In this document: piece by piece, positions 9,709 through 19,702 of the stretch
How positions within the stretch are numbered: the stretch's first letter is position 1
How the letters are laid out: each line of letters starts with the position of its first letter
Assembly: GCA_040403845.1 (NCBI GenBank)
Contig: JBBAJU010000010.1
Span: 12,369 to 76,368, forward strand
Direction: 5' to 3'
Length of the DNA: 64,000 nt
Source of the DNA: Sediminibacterium sp.
GTDB lineage: Bacteria; Bacteroidota; Bacteroidia; Chitinophagales; Chitinophagaceae
Program-made: the position numbers and the translations under genes
The notes under the pieces: model-generated
Database searches by the model: none
What the model was told of the DNA's origin: nothing
The model's input: only the letters and a program-made list of their open reading frames with translations

Positions 9709-11376
9709 ATGCTTATGACTCGTTTTCTATTATTGCTTTGCCTTTATTTTACCGTAACGAATCTATCTGCTCAAACAGTATTAATTCCTGCTTATACTGG
9801 CTATGCTGTTCCTGCAGAAAAAGAAGATGCCCAATTGTTTTCTGCTAAAAATGGGTTACAAAATTGGATTGATCCTCAACAGAAAATAAGCTGGTTTTTT
9901 TATGTAAAAAATCCAGGAGAACTTCAATTGAGTTTATTGTCTACTAAAATAAATACGGGTTCTACCATTGAAATTGCTGTAGCGGGAAAAACCTTTAGAA
10001 CTAAACTGGTTTCGGGGTCAGCACTAAAGAAAACCTTAGTGGGAAAAGTTATCATTACTGATACTGGTTTTTATTCAATTACTATTTCTAATATTAAAAA
10101 AGTAGGAAAATCCATTGCAAATATTCAATCATTAGAATTAAAGGGAGCCGCAACAGATGGAATCCATTTTAATCCAGTAGAAAGAAGAAATGCTGCATCA
10201 GTTCATTTGAAATATCCATTGGAAGATTCAATTAAAGCGATGGCTTTTTATAGTGAAATGGTGGTACCCGATGGAGCAGATCATCTGTACAGTTATTATA
10301 TGGCTTGTGGTTTTAAAAGAGGATATTTTGGTATACAAGTTAATAGCCCATCAGAGAGAAGGATTATTTTTTCTGTTTGGGATGCAGGCAATGAAGCAAT
10401 TGATCGCAACAAAGTGCCCGATTCAAATAAAGTAAAACTATTGGCTAAAGGATATAATGTAGTTGCGAATGATTTTGGGAATGAAGGCACAGGGGGGCAT
10501 AGTCATTTTGTGTATCCTTGGAAAACAGGAGAAAAATATCAGTTCATGGTTTTTGCTTTAACCGACAGTATTAATTCAAATACTATTTATTCAGGATACT
10601 TTTTTATTCCTGAAACAGGGAAATGGAAATTAATAGCAAGTTTTCGTGCACCAAAAGATGGTAACTATTTAAAAAATCTTTATTCTTTTAGTGAAAATTT
10701 TTGGGGCTTAAATGGTCAGCTAGAACGCAAGGCTTATTTTGGAAATCAGTGGATTCAAAAATCAAATGGTCGATGGGAAGAATTATTGACCAGTAAATTT
10801 TCCTACGATGCTACAGGCAAAGCAGGGCATCGCATTGATTATAGTGCTGGGGTTGATGGGAAACAATTTTATTTGAGTCATGGTGGATTTAAGCCAGCTA
10901 ATATTCAATTTGGCCAAAGCTTATTCAGGCAACCTACAGGTCAAAGACCCAATGTAGATTTAAACAGAAATTCAGATTCTTTGGTTCAGGCTAAACTAGA
11001 TGAAGAATCTATAAAAGCAGCGGTAAGTAAAGGAACCCTTGATACTACTGGAAATGAGTCTTCGGTTTACTATCATATACTTAAACAAGGTGCTGGAAAG
11101 CCAATTAAAGTTACTGATACCGTAACTGTTTACTATAAGGGATCATTGCTTTCCGATGGCAGTATTTTTGATCAAACAAAGGAGAAGCCTGCTACTTTCC
11201 CATTGAATAGGTTAATTAAAGGATGGCAGTTAGCAGTTCCAAAAATCAATGTTGGCGGAACCATTAAAGTAATCATCCCCTCTGGTCTAGCTTATGGGAT
11301 TAGAAGTAGGAGCAAAGACATCCCAGCAAATAGTGTATTAGTATTTGATATTGAAGTGCTTGATGCAAAACAATAA
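9709..11376 (+). CDS. DUF5077/DUF3472 protein fused to a C-terminal FKBP-type PPIase domain
   Basis: SYYMACGF..GYFGIQVNS..ERRIIFSVWD and YSFSENF (DUF3472); VTVYYKG..FD..LIKGW..IPSGLAYG..IPANSVLVFDIEV (FKBP). Confidence 0.8.
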   Translation: MLMTRFLLLLCLYFTVTNLSAQTVLIPAYTGYAVPAEKEDAQLFSAKNGLQNWIDPQQKISWFFYVKNPGELQLSLLSTKINTGSTIEIAVAGKTFRTKLVSGSALKKTLVGKVIITDTGFYSITISNIKKVGKSIANIQSLELKGAATDGIHFNPVERRNAASVHLKYPLEDSIKAMAFYSEMVVPDGADHLYSYYMACGFKRGYFGIQVNSPSERRIIFSVWDAGNEAIDRNKVPDSNKVKLLAKGYNVVANDFGNEGTGGHSHFVYPWKTGEKYQFMVFALTDSINSNTIYSGYFFIPETGKWKLIASFRAPKDGNYLKNLYSFSENFWGLNGQLERKAYFGNQWIQKSNGRWEELLTSKFSYDATGKAGHRIDYSAGVDGKQFYLSHGGFKPANIQFGQSLFRQPTGQRPNVDLNRNSDSLVQAKLDEESIKAAVSKGTLDTTGNESSVYYHILKQGAGKPIKVTDTVTVYYKGSLLSDGSIFDQTKEKPATFPLNRLIKGWQLAVPKINVGGTIKVIIPSGLAYGIRSRSKDIPANSVLVFDIEVLDAKQ

Positions 11377-11408
11377 TTAACTTAATTTAAAGCCCAAATG
11401 AAAGTATT

Positions 11409-12902
11409 ATGAAAAAGTATCTTTTCTTTTTTATTTTATTCGCGCCCATTTCTTTTTTACAAGCACAAAAAACTGCGCCTGTTATTGAGCCTACACCTGC
11501 AGGTGTTTCAGTAGTAACAACAAAGAACAGTGTTACAATTGCTGGAAAAAAGGTAGACTATACTGCTTACACCGGTTACTTGCATTTGAAAAATGATACC
11601 GGTAAGCTAATAGCAAAAATGTTCTTTACTTATTACAAAAAAGACGGAGATGATGCAATAAAGCGACCTGTTACATTCACTTTTAATGGTGGTCCAGGTT
11701 CATCATCTGTTTGGTTACATATGGGAGGATTAGGCCCTAAAAGAGTTCAGTTTAACGATGAAGGGTTTTCTGAAGGTCCTCCGTATTCTTTTATTAGCAA
11801 TGAATACAGTTGGTTAGACAAAACCGATTTGGTTTTTATTGATCCGGTTTCAACAGGTTTTAGCAGACCTGCTCCAGGAGAGAATCCTAAGCAGTTTCAT
11901 GGGTTTAACGAAGACGTTGCTTCTATGGCATCATTCATCAGACATTTTTTATCTAGGTATGAAAGATGGGGTTCTCCAAAATACTTAGCTGGTGAAAGTT
12001 ATGGTACAACAAGGGCTGCTGGGTTATCCAAATATTTACAAGACAAGCACAGAATTTACTTAAATGGAATTTTCATGATTTCAGCTGTGCTCAATTTTGG
12101 CACCAATGATTATTATGTGGGGAATGATTTGCCAAGAGCTTTATACATTCCTTCTTATACAGCCGCAGCATGGTACCATAAAAAATTAGCACCAGCTTTA
12201 CAAGCTAATTTGCAAAATGCATTGAAAGAAGCGGAAGCTTTTGCAATTGGATCTTATGCGTCTGCACTGATTAAAGGTGGGTGGTTAACCGAATCTGAAA
12301 AGAATGCCATTGCCGAGAAAATGAGTTATTATACTGGTTTGTCTAAAGAGTATTGTTTGCAAGCAAACTTAAGAGTAGAAGAGAGCCGATTTTATAAAGA
12401 GCTTAGACGAAAAGATGGATTAAGCATCGGCCGTTTAGATGCTAGGTTTACTGGAAGAGATTTAGATGATGCTGGTGAAGTCAACAGCTTTGATCCATCC
12501 TTTGCCAATATTGATGGGCCTTTTACGGCAACAATAAATGATTATTTTCAAAGAGAATTAAACTTTAAAGAAGAAAACGGGTACAATATTTTTGGAGAAG
12601 TTTATCCTTGGAATTATAGTAATGTTCAAAACCAATTTTTAAATGTTGCTGAAAGTTTAAGAGATGCCATGAGTAAGAACCCAGATTTAAAAGTATATAT
12701 GGGAGCTGGTTACTATGATTTTGCGACACCTTATTTTACTGCCCAATACGATATTGAACATATGTTTTTAAGACCCGAACAAAGAAAAAATGTGAAGTTC
12801 TATTTTTACGAATCAGGTCATATGTACTATATTCACAAACCATCACTAGTGCAATTTAAAAAAGACGTAGATGCATTCTTCGAATTCAGTAGGGGGAAAT
12901 GA
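11409..12902 (+). CDS. S10 serine carboxypeptidase
   Basis: FNGGPGSSS, FIDPVSTGFS, GESYG nucleophile motif, YESGHM; signal peptide. Confidence 0.92.
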   Translation: MKKYLFFFILFAPISFLQAQKTAPVIEPTPAGVSVVTTKNSVTIAGKKVDYTAYTGYLHLKNDTGKLIAKMFFTYYKKDGDDAIKRPVTFTFNGGPGSSSVWLHMGGLGPKRVQFNDEGFSEGPPYSFISNEYSWLDKTDLVFIDPVSTGFSRPAPGENPKQFHGFNEDVASMASFIRHFLSRYERWGSPKYLAGESYGTTRAAGLSKYLQDKHRIYLNGIFMISAVLNFGTNDYYVGNDLPRALYIPSYTAAAWYHKKLAPALQANLQNALKEAEAFAIGSYASALIKGGWLTESEKNAIAEKMSYYTGLSKEYCLQANLRVEESRFYKELRRKDGLSIGRLDARFTGRDLDDAGEVNSFDPSFANIDGPFTATINDYFQRELNFKEENGYNIFGEVYPWNYSNVQNQFLNVAESLRDAMSKNPDLKVYMGAGYYDFATPYFTAQYDIEHMFLRPEQRKNVKFYFYESGHMYYIHKPSLVQFKKDVDAFFEFSRGK

Positions 12903-13479
12903 GGAAATTAAAGATTTGCTGATTGCGATTGCTTATAACAATGATCAGTCGGCATATCGCACTTTATTTATTCAATTACATGGAAAATTAAAGCAATTCT
13001 CTTTTTCTATTGTAAGGTCTGAAGAAGAAGCAGAAGATATTGTTTCTGAATTATTTATTTTAATTATACAACGGAAAGAACAGCTTTGTCAGCTAGAGTC
13101 TCCGTTGTATTATTTTTATACAACTGTTCGAAATATGTCATTGAATTTATTAAAAAAGCAAAAGAGAAGAGCAGGGCTTTCAATGGATGAATGGCAGGTT
13201 CAGTTAAATAGTATTTATTTTAGGCCCGACTTATTAATGATTACAGAAGACATGGTTTTGAAAATTAAAATGGCCATTAATAGCCTTCCGAATCGCTGCA
13301 GGTTGATATTCAAGTTAATTAAAGAGGATGGATTAAAATACAGAGAAGTTGCAGAATTATTATCTATTTCTGTAAAAACAGTAGAGGCGCAAATGGCCAT
13401 CGCAATGCGTAGAATGGCTCAAAGTATGCCGGTTGACCTTCAACCCAAACCGGTGCTAGAAAAAAAATTTAAAAAATAA
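12871..13479 (+). CDS. ECF sigma-70 factor (Bacteroidota PUL type)
   Basis: EEAEDIVSELF region 2; LPNRCRLIFKLIKEDGLKYREVAELLSISVKTVEAQM region 4. Confidence 0.93.
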   Translation: MHSSNSVGGNEEIKDLLIAIAYNNDQSAYRTLFIQLHGKLKQFSFSIVRSEEEAEDIVSELFILIIQRKEQLCQLESPLYYFYTTVRNMSLNLLKKQKRRAGLSMDEWQVQLNSIYFRPDLLMITEDMVLKIKMAINSLPNRCRLIFKLIKEDGLKYREVAELLSISVKTVEAQMAIAMRRMAQSMPVDLQPKPVLEKKFKK

Positions 13480-13540
13480 TTTATCTTTTTAGGGGTAAAA
13501 GCACCACTCAGTTGTTATAGTATAGGAACTAACTAAAACA

Positions 13541-14635
13541 ATGAGTCAGGAACGATTTTGGTTATTAATTGCTAAAAAGATTGCAAACGAAGCGAATGAG
13601 CAAGAACTTATTGAGCTTAACCAATCTATTAAGGACCATCCTGAATGGCAATTTGCAGTACAGCAGCTAGAGAATATCTGGCAAATTCCCCCAGTATTCA
13701 ATAAGGAAAAAGCTGAAGATGCATTCATGCTTCATTTAAATAAATTGGCCGAAAAAAATCAATTTGATTTAGAGCAGGATAATGCTGTATCTCTCCATCC
13801 GCCAAAATTAAGACTACTTCAATTTATTCCTAAATGGGCTTATTATGCTGCTGCCTCAATGATTATGATTATTGGAGTATTATATTTTTTTACTAAAGAA
13901 CCAACAATAAAATCAATTGCAAAGAAGCAGCCAGAATTGAATGAAATTTCTACAAGATTAGGATCGAAGTCTCAAGTAAAATTACCTGATGGATCTGTTG
14001 TATGGTTAAATGGAGGGAGCAAACTTGAATATCAAAAGGATTTTGGTAAAACAACACGTGAAGTATCCTTAACAGGAGAAGGGTATTTTGATGTTGTAAA
14101 AAATAAGGAAGTTCCCTTTATTATTAATACCAAAAGTATCAGGATCAAAGTGCTGGGTACAGTGTTTAATGTAAAAGCATATCCTGAAGACAAACAAACA
14201 GAAACAAGTCTTATAAAAGGAAGAATTGAAGTCACTATCAAAAATAGACCAGACGATAAAATCATTTTGTCTCCCAATGAAAAATTGATAGTTGAAAATG
14301 AATTGATTGAAGCACAAAAAAAGCAAAAAACAATTGACCTTTTGCCTGCGGTATCTATTAATAAGCTGAAGTTTATTACACCAGATAGTTCCGTAGCAGA
14401 AAATCAATGGGTAGAAAATAAGCTCGTTTTTAGAGACCAAACATTTGAAGAGCTCGCCATAATGATGGAACGCTGGTATAATGTGAAGATTGAAATTCAA
14501 TCTGAAGGTCTAAAATTGAACAGAATGAATGGAAATTTTGAAAAAGAAACGGTTGACCAAGCAATAGAAGCCTTAAAACTAATTATACCATTTAAGACAA
14601 TCCAAAAAGGAAATACGATTATTATTTACCAATAA
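13541..14635 (+). CDS. FecR-family anti-sigma factor
   Basis: Single TM helix; LPDGSVVWLNGGS, REVSLTGEGYFDV, VLGTVFNVKAY. Confidence 0.94.
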   Translation: MSQERFWLLIAKKIANEANEQELIELNQSIKDHPEWQFAVQQLENIWQIPPVFNKEKAEDAFMLHLNKLAEKNQFDLEQDNAVSLHPPKLRLLQFIPKWAYYAAASMIMIIGVLYFFTKEPTIKSIAKKQPELNEISTRLGSKSQVKLPDGSVVWLNGGSKLEYQKDFGKTTREVSLTGEGYFDVVKNKEVPFIINTKSIRIKVLGTVFNVKAYPEDKQTETSLIKGRIEVTIKNRPDDKIILSPNEKLIVENELIEAQKKQKTIDLLPAVSINKLKFITPDSSVAENQWVENKLVFRDQTFEELAIMMERWYNVKIEIQSEGLKLNRMNGNFEKETVDQAIEALKLIIPFKTIQKGNTIIIYQ

Positions 14636-14679
14636 AATTGCTGCCATATGAGATTAAGACTGAATTCAACATAAAATTG

Positions 14680-14709
14680 GGCGAAGTTCCGTTGGCGCGG
14701 AACTCCGCC
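14680..14709 (+). promoter_or_regulatory. GC-rich stem-loop between fecR and susC
   Basis: GGCG-A-AGTTCCG ttggcg CGGAACT-C-CGCC; no U-tract follows. Confidence 0.55.
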
Positions 14710-14772
14710 AGGTTTAGAAAAAAACAAACTGTTCAATCTGTATGTAATTCATAACCCTTTCAATTTGAAAAT

Positions 14773-17700
14773 ATGAAAAATATTGAAACACCTGTTGTTT
14801 CACACAAAGATCTTTTTATACAAAAGCTTGCCCGAATCATGAAAATAACTACTGCTTTACTGCTACTTGTATGTATGCAAGTTTCCGCAATCGGTTTATC
14901 ACAAAGCCGGATTACTATAAAGATGGCTTCTCTTGATCTTAAAAAAGCATTGTTTGAAGTAGAGAAAAAAACGGATTATCGGTTTTTATTTGCTGAAGAG
15001 GTTGTAAAAGGTAAGCCCAAAGTAACCATTAACATGGTGGATGCTACTTTAGATGAAATTTTGGGTAAGCTATTAGTTAATACTGGAATTAATTATAAAG
15101 TACTCGGTACTAATTTAGTAGTTCTAAAAGAAACTAATAACTCAACCAAGGAATTAGCTGAGATTGTTGTTAAGGGTAGAATAACATCTGCTTCAGGAGA
15201 ACCCTTAAGTGGCGCATCCATTCAAGTGAAAGGAACACAAGTGGGTACCACAACAGATAATAATGGAGCATTCAGCATTACCGTAGCAGATGACAATGCT
15301 AAACTACTTATATCATCAGTCGGATATGACTCACAAGAAATTCCAGTTGCTGGTAAAAGAGATTTGAATGTTTCATTAATTGCTGCGGTTAATAATTTAG
15401 AACAAGTAGTAGTAACTGGATATGGCACTCAACGTAAAAGAGACCTAACCGGTTCTGTTACAACAATCAAGGGAGATGATTTGGCAAAAATGCCTAATAC
15501 CAACCCAATTAGCTCACTTCAGGGTAGGGTTGCTGGATTAACGGTAGCAAATTCTGGTGTTGCTGGTGCAAGTCCGGTTGTAAGAATAAGAGGCGTGAAC
15601 AGTACAAATAGTGCAAGCCCAGTTTATGTTGTGGATGGTATTTTACAAGACAATATAGATTTCTTAAATCCGGCAGATATTGAGACGATTGATATCTTAA
15701 GGGATCCTTCATCCATTGCAATTTATGGTTTAAGAGGAGCTAATGGTGTGATTGCTATCACTTCTAAAAAAGCAGCAAGAGGTCAAACAAGAATCAATTT
15801 CCAAAGTACGGTAGGCTTTCAAAAAGTTGTTGATAAAATTAAAGTAACCGATGCAGCTGGTTTTAAAAAATTGTATGACGCTCAATTGGCTAATATTAAT
15901 GCTGCTCCATTCGATTATAGCAATTACACTGCAAATACCAATTGGCAAAATGAAATTTTACAGAATGCATTACTTACAACCAATAACTTAAGTGTTTCTA
16001 ATAATTCAGAAAAGAGTAGTACTTATCTCAATATTGGATATAATAAACAAGACGGAGTAGTAAAATTCAATAGTTATGAGAAGTATATGATTCGTTTGAA
16101 TCATGAAGTTCGTTTCAATAGTAATATTAAAGTTGGTGGAGAAGTCAATGCATTTCATTGGATTCAAAATCCTGCAGGAGTTAGTTTAACCAATGCATTA
16201 TGGGCTGCACCAATTGTCCCAATTCAGCAAAATGCAACCACTTACTTTAGCATGCCTTCCTTTCAGCGTGCACAAGTAGGCAATCCTATAGCCGCATTAA
16301 ACCGAAATAATGGAACAGATATCAATAAAGGTTTTAGGTTTATTGGTTCATTATATGCAGAAGTGAAGTTTTTAAAGGATTTCACTTTTAAGTCATCTTT
16401 CTTTGCTGATCTTGGATTTAATAATTCTAGGTCATATACTCCATTGCCATTTACTTTTATCAATTTAGGAGAGGGCACAGCACCAACAACTACTTTCTTT
16501 GATAATACAATTAGAACCGGTGTAAGTCAGGAGATGGCAGAATTTAAGCGTTACCAGCAAGATCATACGCTTACATATGATAAGCAATTAAGAAATGGTC
16601 ATAAGTTAACTGCGTTGGTTGGTTTCACTTCTATTTATAGTGTAAGTACAAATATCAATGGTAATAGAAGAGATACTTCAGTGAATGTTCCTAATAACCC
16701 AGATTTTTGGTACTTGAGTACCATTAACCCCAATAATCCAGGGTTGTATGGCGGCGGTGGAAGTGAGAGCGCCATTATGGGTATGTTTGGTAGATTAAGT
16801 TATGCTTATCAAAATAAATTTTTAATCAATGCAACCGTAAGAAGAGATGGAAGTTCAAAGTTTGCACCACAGAATCGTTGGGGTACATTTGGCTCTGTTG
16901 GTTTAGGATGGATTGCATCTGAAGAATCATTTGTTAGAAAATTCAATTTTATCAATTTTCTAAAATTTAGGGCTGCATGGGGTGAAACAGGTAATGCAAA
17001 TGGTTTTGCTGATAACTTGTTTAGACCAGGTATTTCAAATGCATCAACCGCTATTTTTGGTAATAATGTATACACAGCAATACAAGCTGCTTACATACCT
17101 GATCCAAATTTAAGATGGGAAGTTGTTAGAGGATTAGACATTGGATTTGATTTAAAAACTTTCCGCAATCGTTTGAATGTTGAGTTTACCTATTATAACA
17201 GAACTACTTCAGATATTTTAACAGCAGTGACTCTGCCGAATGAAACCAGAAGTTTTTTCACCAATCTAGGAAAAATAACCAATCAAGGGGTCGAATTAAG
17301 TTTAAACTGGACTGATAAGATTGGTAAAGAAATCACTTATTCTATTTCACCCAATTTCAGCTACAATAAAAACACCGTTAATTCAATTGGAGATAGAATA
17401 AATTTTCAGCTTTTTGGTAATGGTGGAGCCAACTTAACTGAAACAGGTCAATCAATTGGATATTTCTTTGGATATAGACAAATTGGTATTTATCAATCTA
17501 CTGCTGAGTTAGGTAAAATGGCTCGTTTCAATAATTCTTTACCAGGAGACATTGCTTATGCAGATATTAATGGGGATGGTTTATTGACACCTGCAGATCG
17601 TACTTTTTTAGGTACACCCTTTCCTCCATATAGTTATGGTTTAAATATCAATGTGGCTTATAAAGGATTTGACTTTACAATCGAAGGTCAAGGTGTTGCA

Positions 17701-18105
17701 GGTAACAAAATTTATACGCAACGCAGAATTGCAAATTTTGCAACTTTAAATTATGAGGCGAATAGATTAAATGCATGGACTGGTGGAGGTACAACCAACG
17801 TAGAACCTATCTTAGATAATACTAGAGGAAATAACTTCTTATTCAGTAGTTATTATTTAGAGCCAGGAGATTATTTGAGATTAAGAACTTTACAAGTTGG
17901 GTATACTTTTTCTGACGCTGCATTAAGAAGAATCGGTATCTCTAAAGCCCGTGTATTTATTAACGGCCAAAACATTAAGAGCTGGAGCCAAGTTACCGGT
18001 TATTCACCTGAAGCGCAAATTGGAAGCATTTTAGGCGGTGGTGCCGACAATGGAGTATTCCCTGTTCCTGCGGTATATTCTGTAGGTATAAATGTTACAT
18101 TTTAA
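14773..18105 (+). CDS. susC: SusC-type TonB-dependent transducer with N-terminal signalling extension
   Basis: STN-like N-terminus, LEQVVVTGYG TonB-box region, LNPADIETIDILRDPSSIAIYG..GANGVI plug, terminal Phe. Confidence 0.96.
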   Translation: MKNIETPVVSHKDLFIQKLARIMKITTALLLLVCMQVSAIGLSQSRITIKMASLDLKKALFEVEKKTDYRFLFAEEVVKGKPKVTINMVDATLDEILGKLLVNTGINYKVLGTNLVVLKETNNSTKELAEIVVKGRITSASGEPLSGASIQVKGTQVGTTTDNNGAFSITVADDNAKLLISSVGYDSQEIPVAGKRDLNVSLIAAVNNLEQVVVTGYGTQRKRDLTGSVTTIKGDDLAKMPNTNPISSLQGRVAGLTVANSGVAGASPVVRIRGVNSTNSASPVYVVDGILQDNIDFLNPADIETIDILRDPSSIAIYGLRGANGVIAITSKKAARGQTRINFQSTVGFQKVVDKIKVTDAAGFKKLYDAQLANINAAPFDYSNYTANTNWQNEILQNALLTTNNLSVSNNSEKSSTYLNIGYNKQDGVVKFNSYEKYMIRLNHEVRFNSNIKVGGEVNAFHWIQNPAGVSLTNALWAAPIVPIQQNATTYFSMPSFQRAQVGNPIAALNRNNGTDINKGFRFIGSLYAEVKFLKDFTFKSSFFADLGFNNSRSYTPLPFTFINLGEGTAPTTTFFDNTIRTGVSQEMAEFKRYQQDHTLTYDKQLRNGHKLTALVGFTSIYSVSTNINGNRRDTSVNVPNNPDFWYLSTINPNNPGLYGGGGSESAIMGMFGRLSYAYQNKFLINATVRRDGSSKFAPQNRWGTFGSVGLGWIASEESFVRKFNFINFLKFRAAWGETGNANGFADNLFRPGISNASTAIFGNNVYTAIQAAYIPDPNLRWEVVRGLDIGFDLKTFRNRLNVEFTYYNRTTSDILTAVTLPNETRSFFTNLGKITNQGVELSLNWTDKIGKEITYSISPNFSYNKNTVNSIGDRINFQLFGNGGANLTETGQSIGYFFGYRQIGIYQSTAELGKMARFNNSLPGDIAYADINGDGLLTPADRTFLGTPFPPYSYGLNINVAYKGFDFTIEGQGVAGNKIYTQRRIANFATLNYEANRLNAWTGGGTTNVEPILDNTRGNNFLFSSYYLEPGDYLRLRTLQVGYTFSDAALRRIGISKARVFINGQNIKSWSQVTGYSPEAQIGSILGGGADNGVFPVPAVYSVGINVTF

Positions 18106-18129
18106 TTGAACGCAAAAAAATATTCAACC

Positions 18130-19680
18130 ATGAATAATTTAATAAATAGAAAAAGCATCGGTAAATGGATGTTACTGCTATTAACCATTTCTGTTTTAAC
18201 AGGATGTAAAAAGAATTTCTTGGATACCACAAGGCAAGGTGGTTATGATGAAGAAAACTATCCTTATCCAGGAGGTTCAGGACCTTATGACCAATACATT
18301 TTTGGGGCTTACAATAGTTTACGTGATTACAATGTTCACGTAGATGGTTTCATTAATGCAACAAGTATCAGAAGCGATGATGCGGATAAAGGAAGTACCC
18401 CTTCAGATGGTGGAGCAGACGTTATTAGTATGGATAACTTTCCTGTATTGCCAAATAGTTCAAGATCAAATGGATTGTGGACGGGCTATTACGGTTTAAT
18501 CAATAGATGTAATAATACTTTATTTCAAATTGGTACTAATAAACAAATCGTAGCTTCTGATGCTATCAAATTGCAATCTCAGGCTGAAGTAAGATTTATT
18601 CGAGGATATTCTTACTTTATGTTGACCAGACTATTTGGAAGGGTTCCAATCATCGATACATTGTTTGCTGATCCTGCGGCACAAAATAATGTTCCTCAAA
18701 GCAGTGTTGATCAAGTTTATTCATTTATTGAGAATGATCTCATTTTTGCTGCTGCCTATTTGCCCGCATTCTGGGATGCAGTGAAATTCCCAGGAAGAAT
18801 TACTAGTGGAGCTGCAAATGGTATGTTAGCAAAAGTATATTTAACGCAAAAGAAATGGGCACAAGCAATGAATGCAGCCAATATGGTGATGAATTCTGGT
18901 CAATACAATTTGAATACTCCATACAATACCATATTTTCTGAGGAAGGTGAAAATAGTAAAGAGTCTGTTTTTGAAGTTCAAGCAAGAGCAGATGCAATTA
19001 ATCCTACTGCTCAAGGAATCCAATATACCAATTTACAAGGGGTAAGAGGCGCGGGTCCATGGGATTTGGGATGGGGATGGAATTCGCCTAGTGCGGTTTT
19101 AGCTGATGCGTATGAGCCTAATGATCCTCGTAGAGCAAGAACGATTTTATTTACTAGTACGCCAACTACACCTGGTGTAACCATTTTTGGCGAAGTGACT
19201 CCTGTTGGTTTACCCAATCCTAGGTATAATCATAAAGTACATACCAATCCTACAACTAGAGCCGCTGTAGGGAATAGATTTGGTTGGTGGAATAACGTTC
19301 GTATTCTAAGATATGCAGATGTAGTATTAATGTATGCAGAAGCAGCAAATGAGATAGGAGGGGCAAATAATATTACTGCTGCAAAAGCAGCTTTAAATAG
19401 TGTTCGATTTAGAGCCAGGGCCGGAAATAATGCCATCCTTCCAGATGTTACTACCAATGATCAATCTGTTTTAAGAGATGCAATTAGACATGAAAGAAGA
19501 ATTGAATTGGCGATGGAGCACGATCGTTTCTTTGATATTGTTAGATGGGGTATTGCTCAAAATGTAATGAACGCAGCAGGTAAATCAAATTTTAATGCGG
19601 CAAGAGATGCATTGTTACCCATACCACAGGCGCAGATTGATTTAACTGCAGGGGTTTTGAAACAAAATCCTGGCTATTAA
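18130..19680 (+). CDS. susD: SusD/RagB nutrient-binding lipoprotein
   Basis: ATG 18130; lipobox LTGC; LRYADVVLMYAEA, ERRIELAMEHDRFFDIVRWG, LKQNPGY. Confidence 0.95.
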   Translation: MNNLINRKSIGKWMLLLLTISVLTGCKKNFLDTTRQGGYDEENYPYPGGSGPYDQYIFGAYNSLRDYNVHVDGFINATSIRSDDADKGSTPSDGGADVISMDNFPVLPNSSRSNGLWTGYYGLINRCNNTLFQIGTNKQIVASDAIKLQSQAEVRFIRGYSYFMLTRLFGRVPIIDTLFADPAAQNNVPQSSVDQVYSFIENDLIFAAAYLPAFWDAVKFPGRITSGAANGMLAKVYLTQKKWAQAMNAANMVMNSGQYNLNTPYNTIFSEEGENSKESVFEVQARADAINPTAQGIQYTNLQGVRGAGPWDLGWGWNSPSAVLADAYEPNDPRRARTILFTSTPTTPGVTIFGEVTPVGLPNPRYNHKVHTNPTTRAAVGNRFGWWNNVRILRYADVVLMYAEAANEIGGANNITAAKAALNSVRFRARAGNNAILPDVTTNDQSVLRDAIRHERRIELAMEHDRFFDIVRWGIAQNVMNAAGKSNFNAARDALLPIPQAQIDLTAGVLKQNPGY

Positions 19681-19702
19681 TTGAACTTTTAAAAATCATA
19701 AT

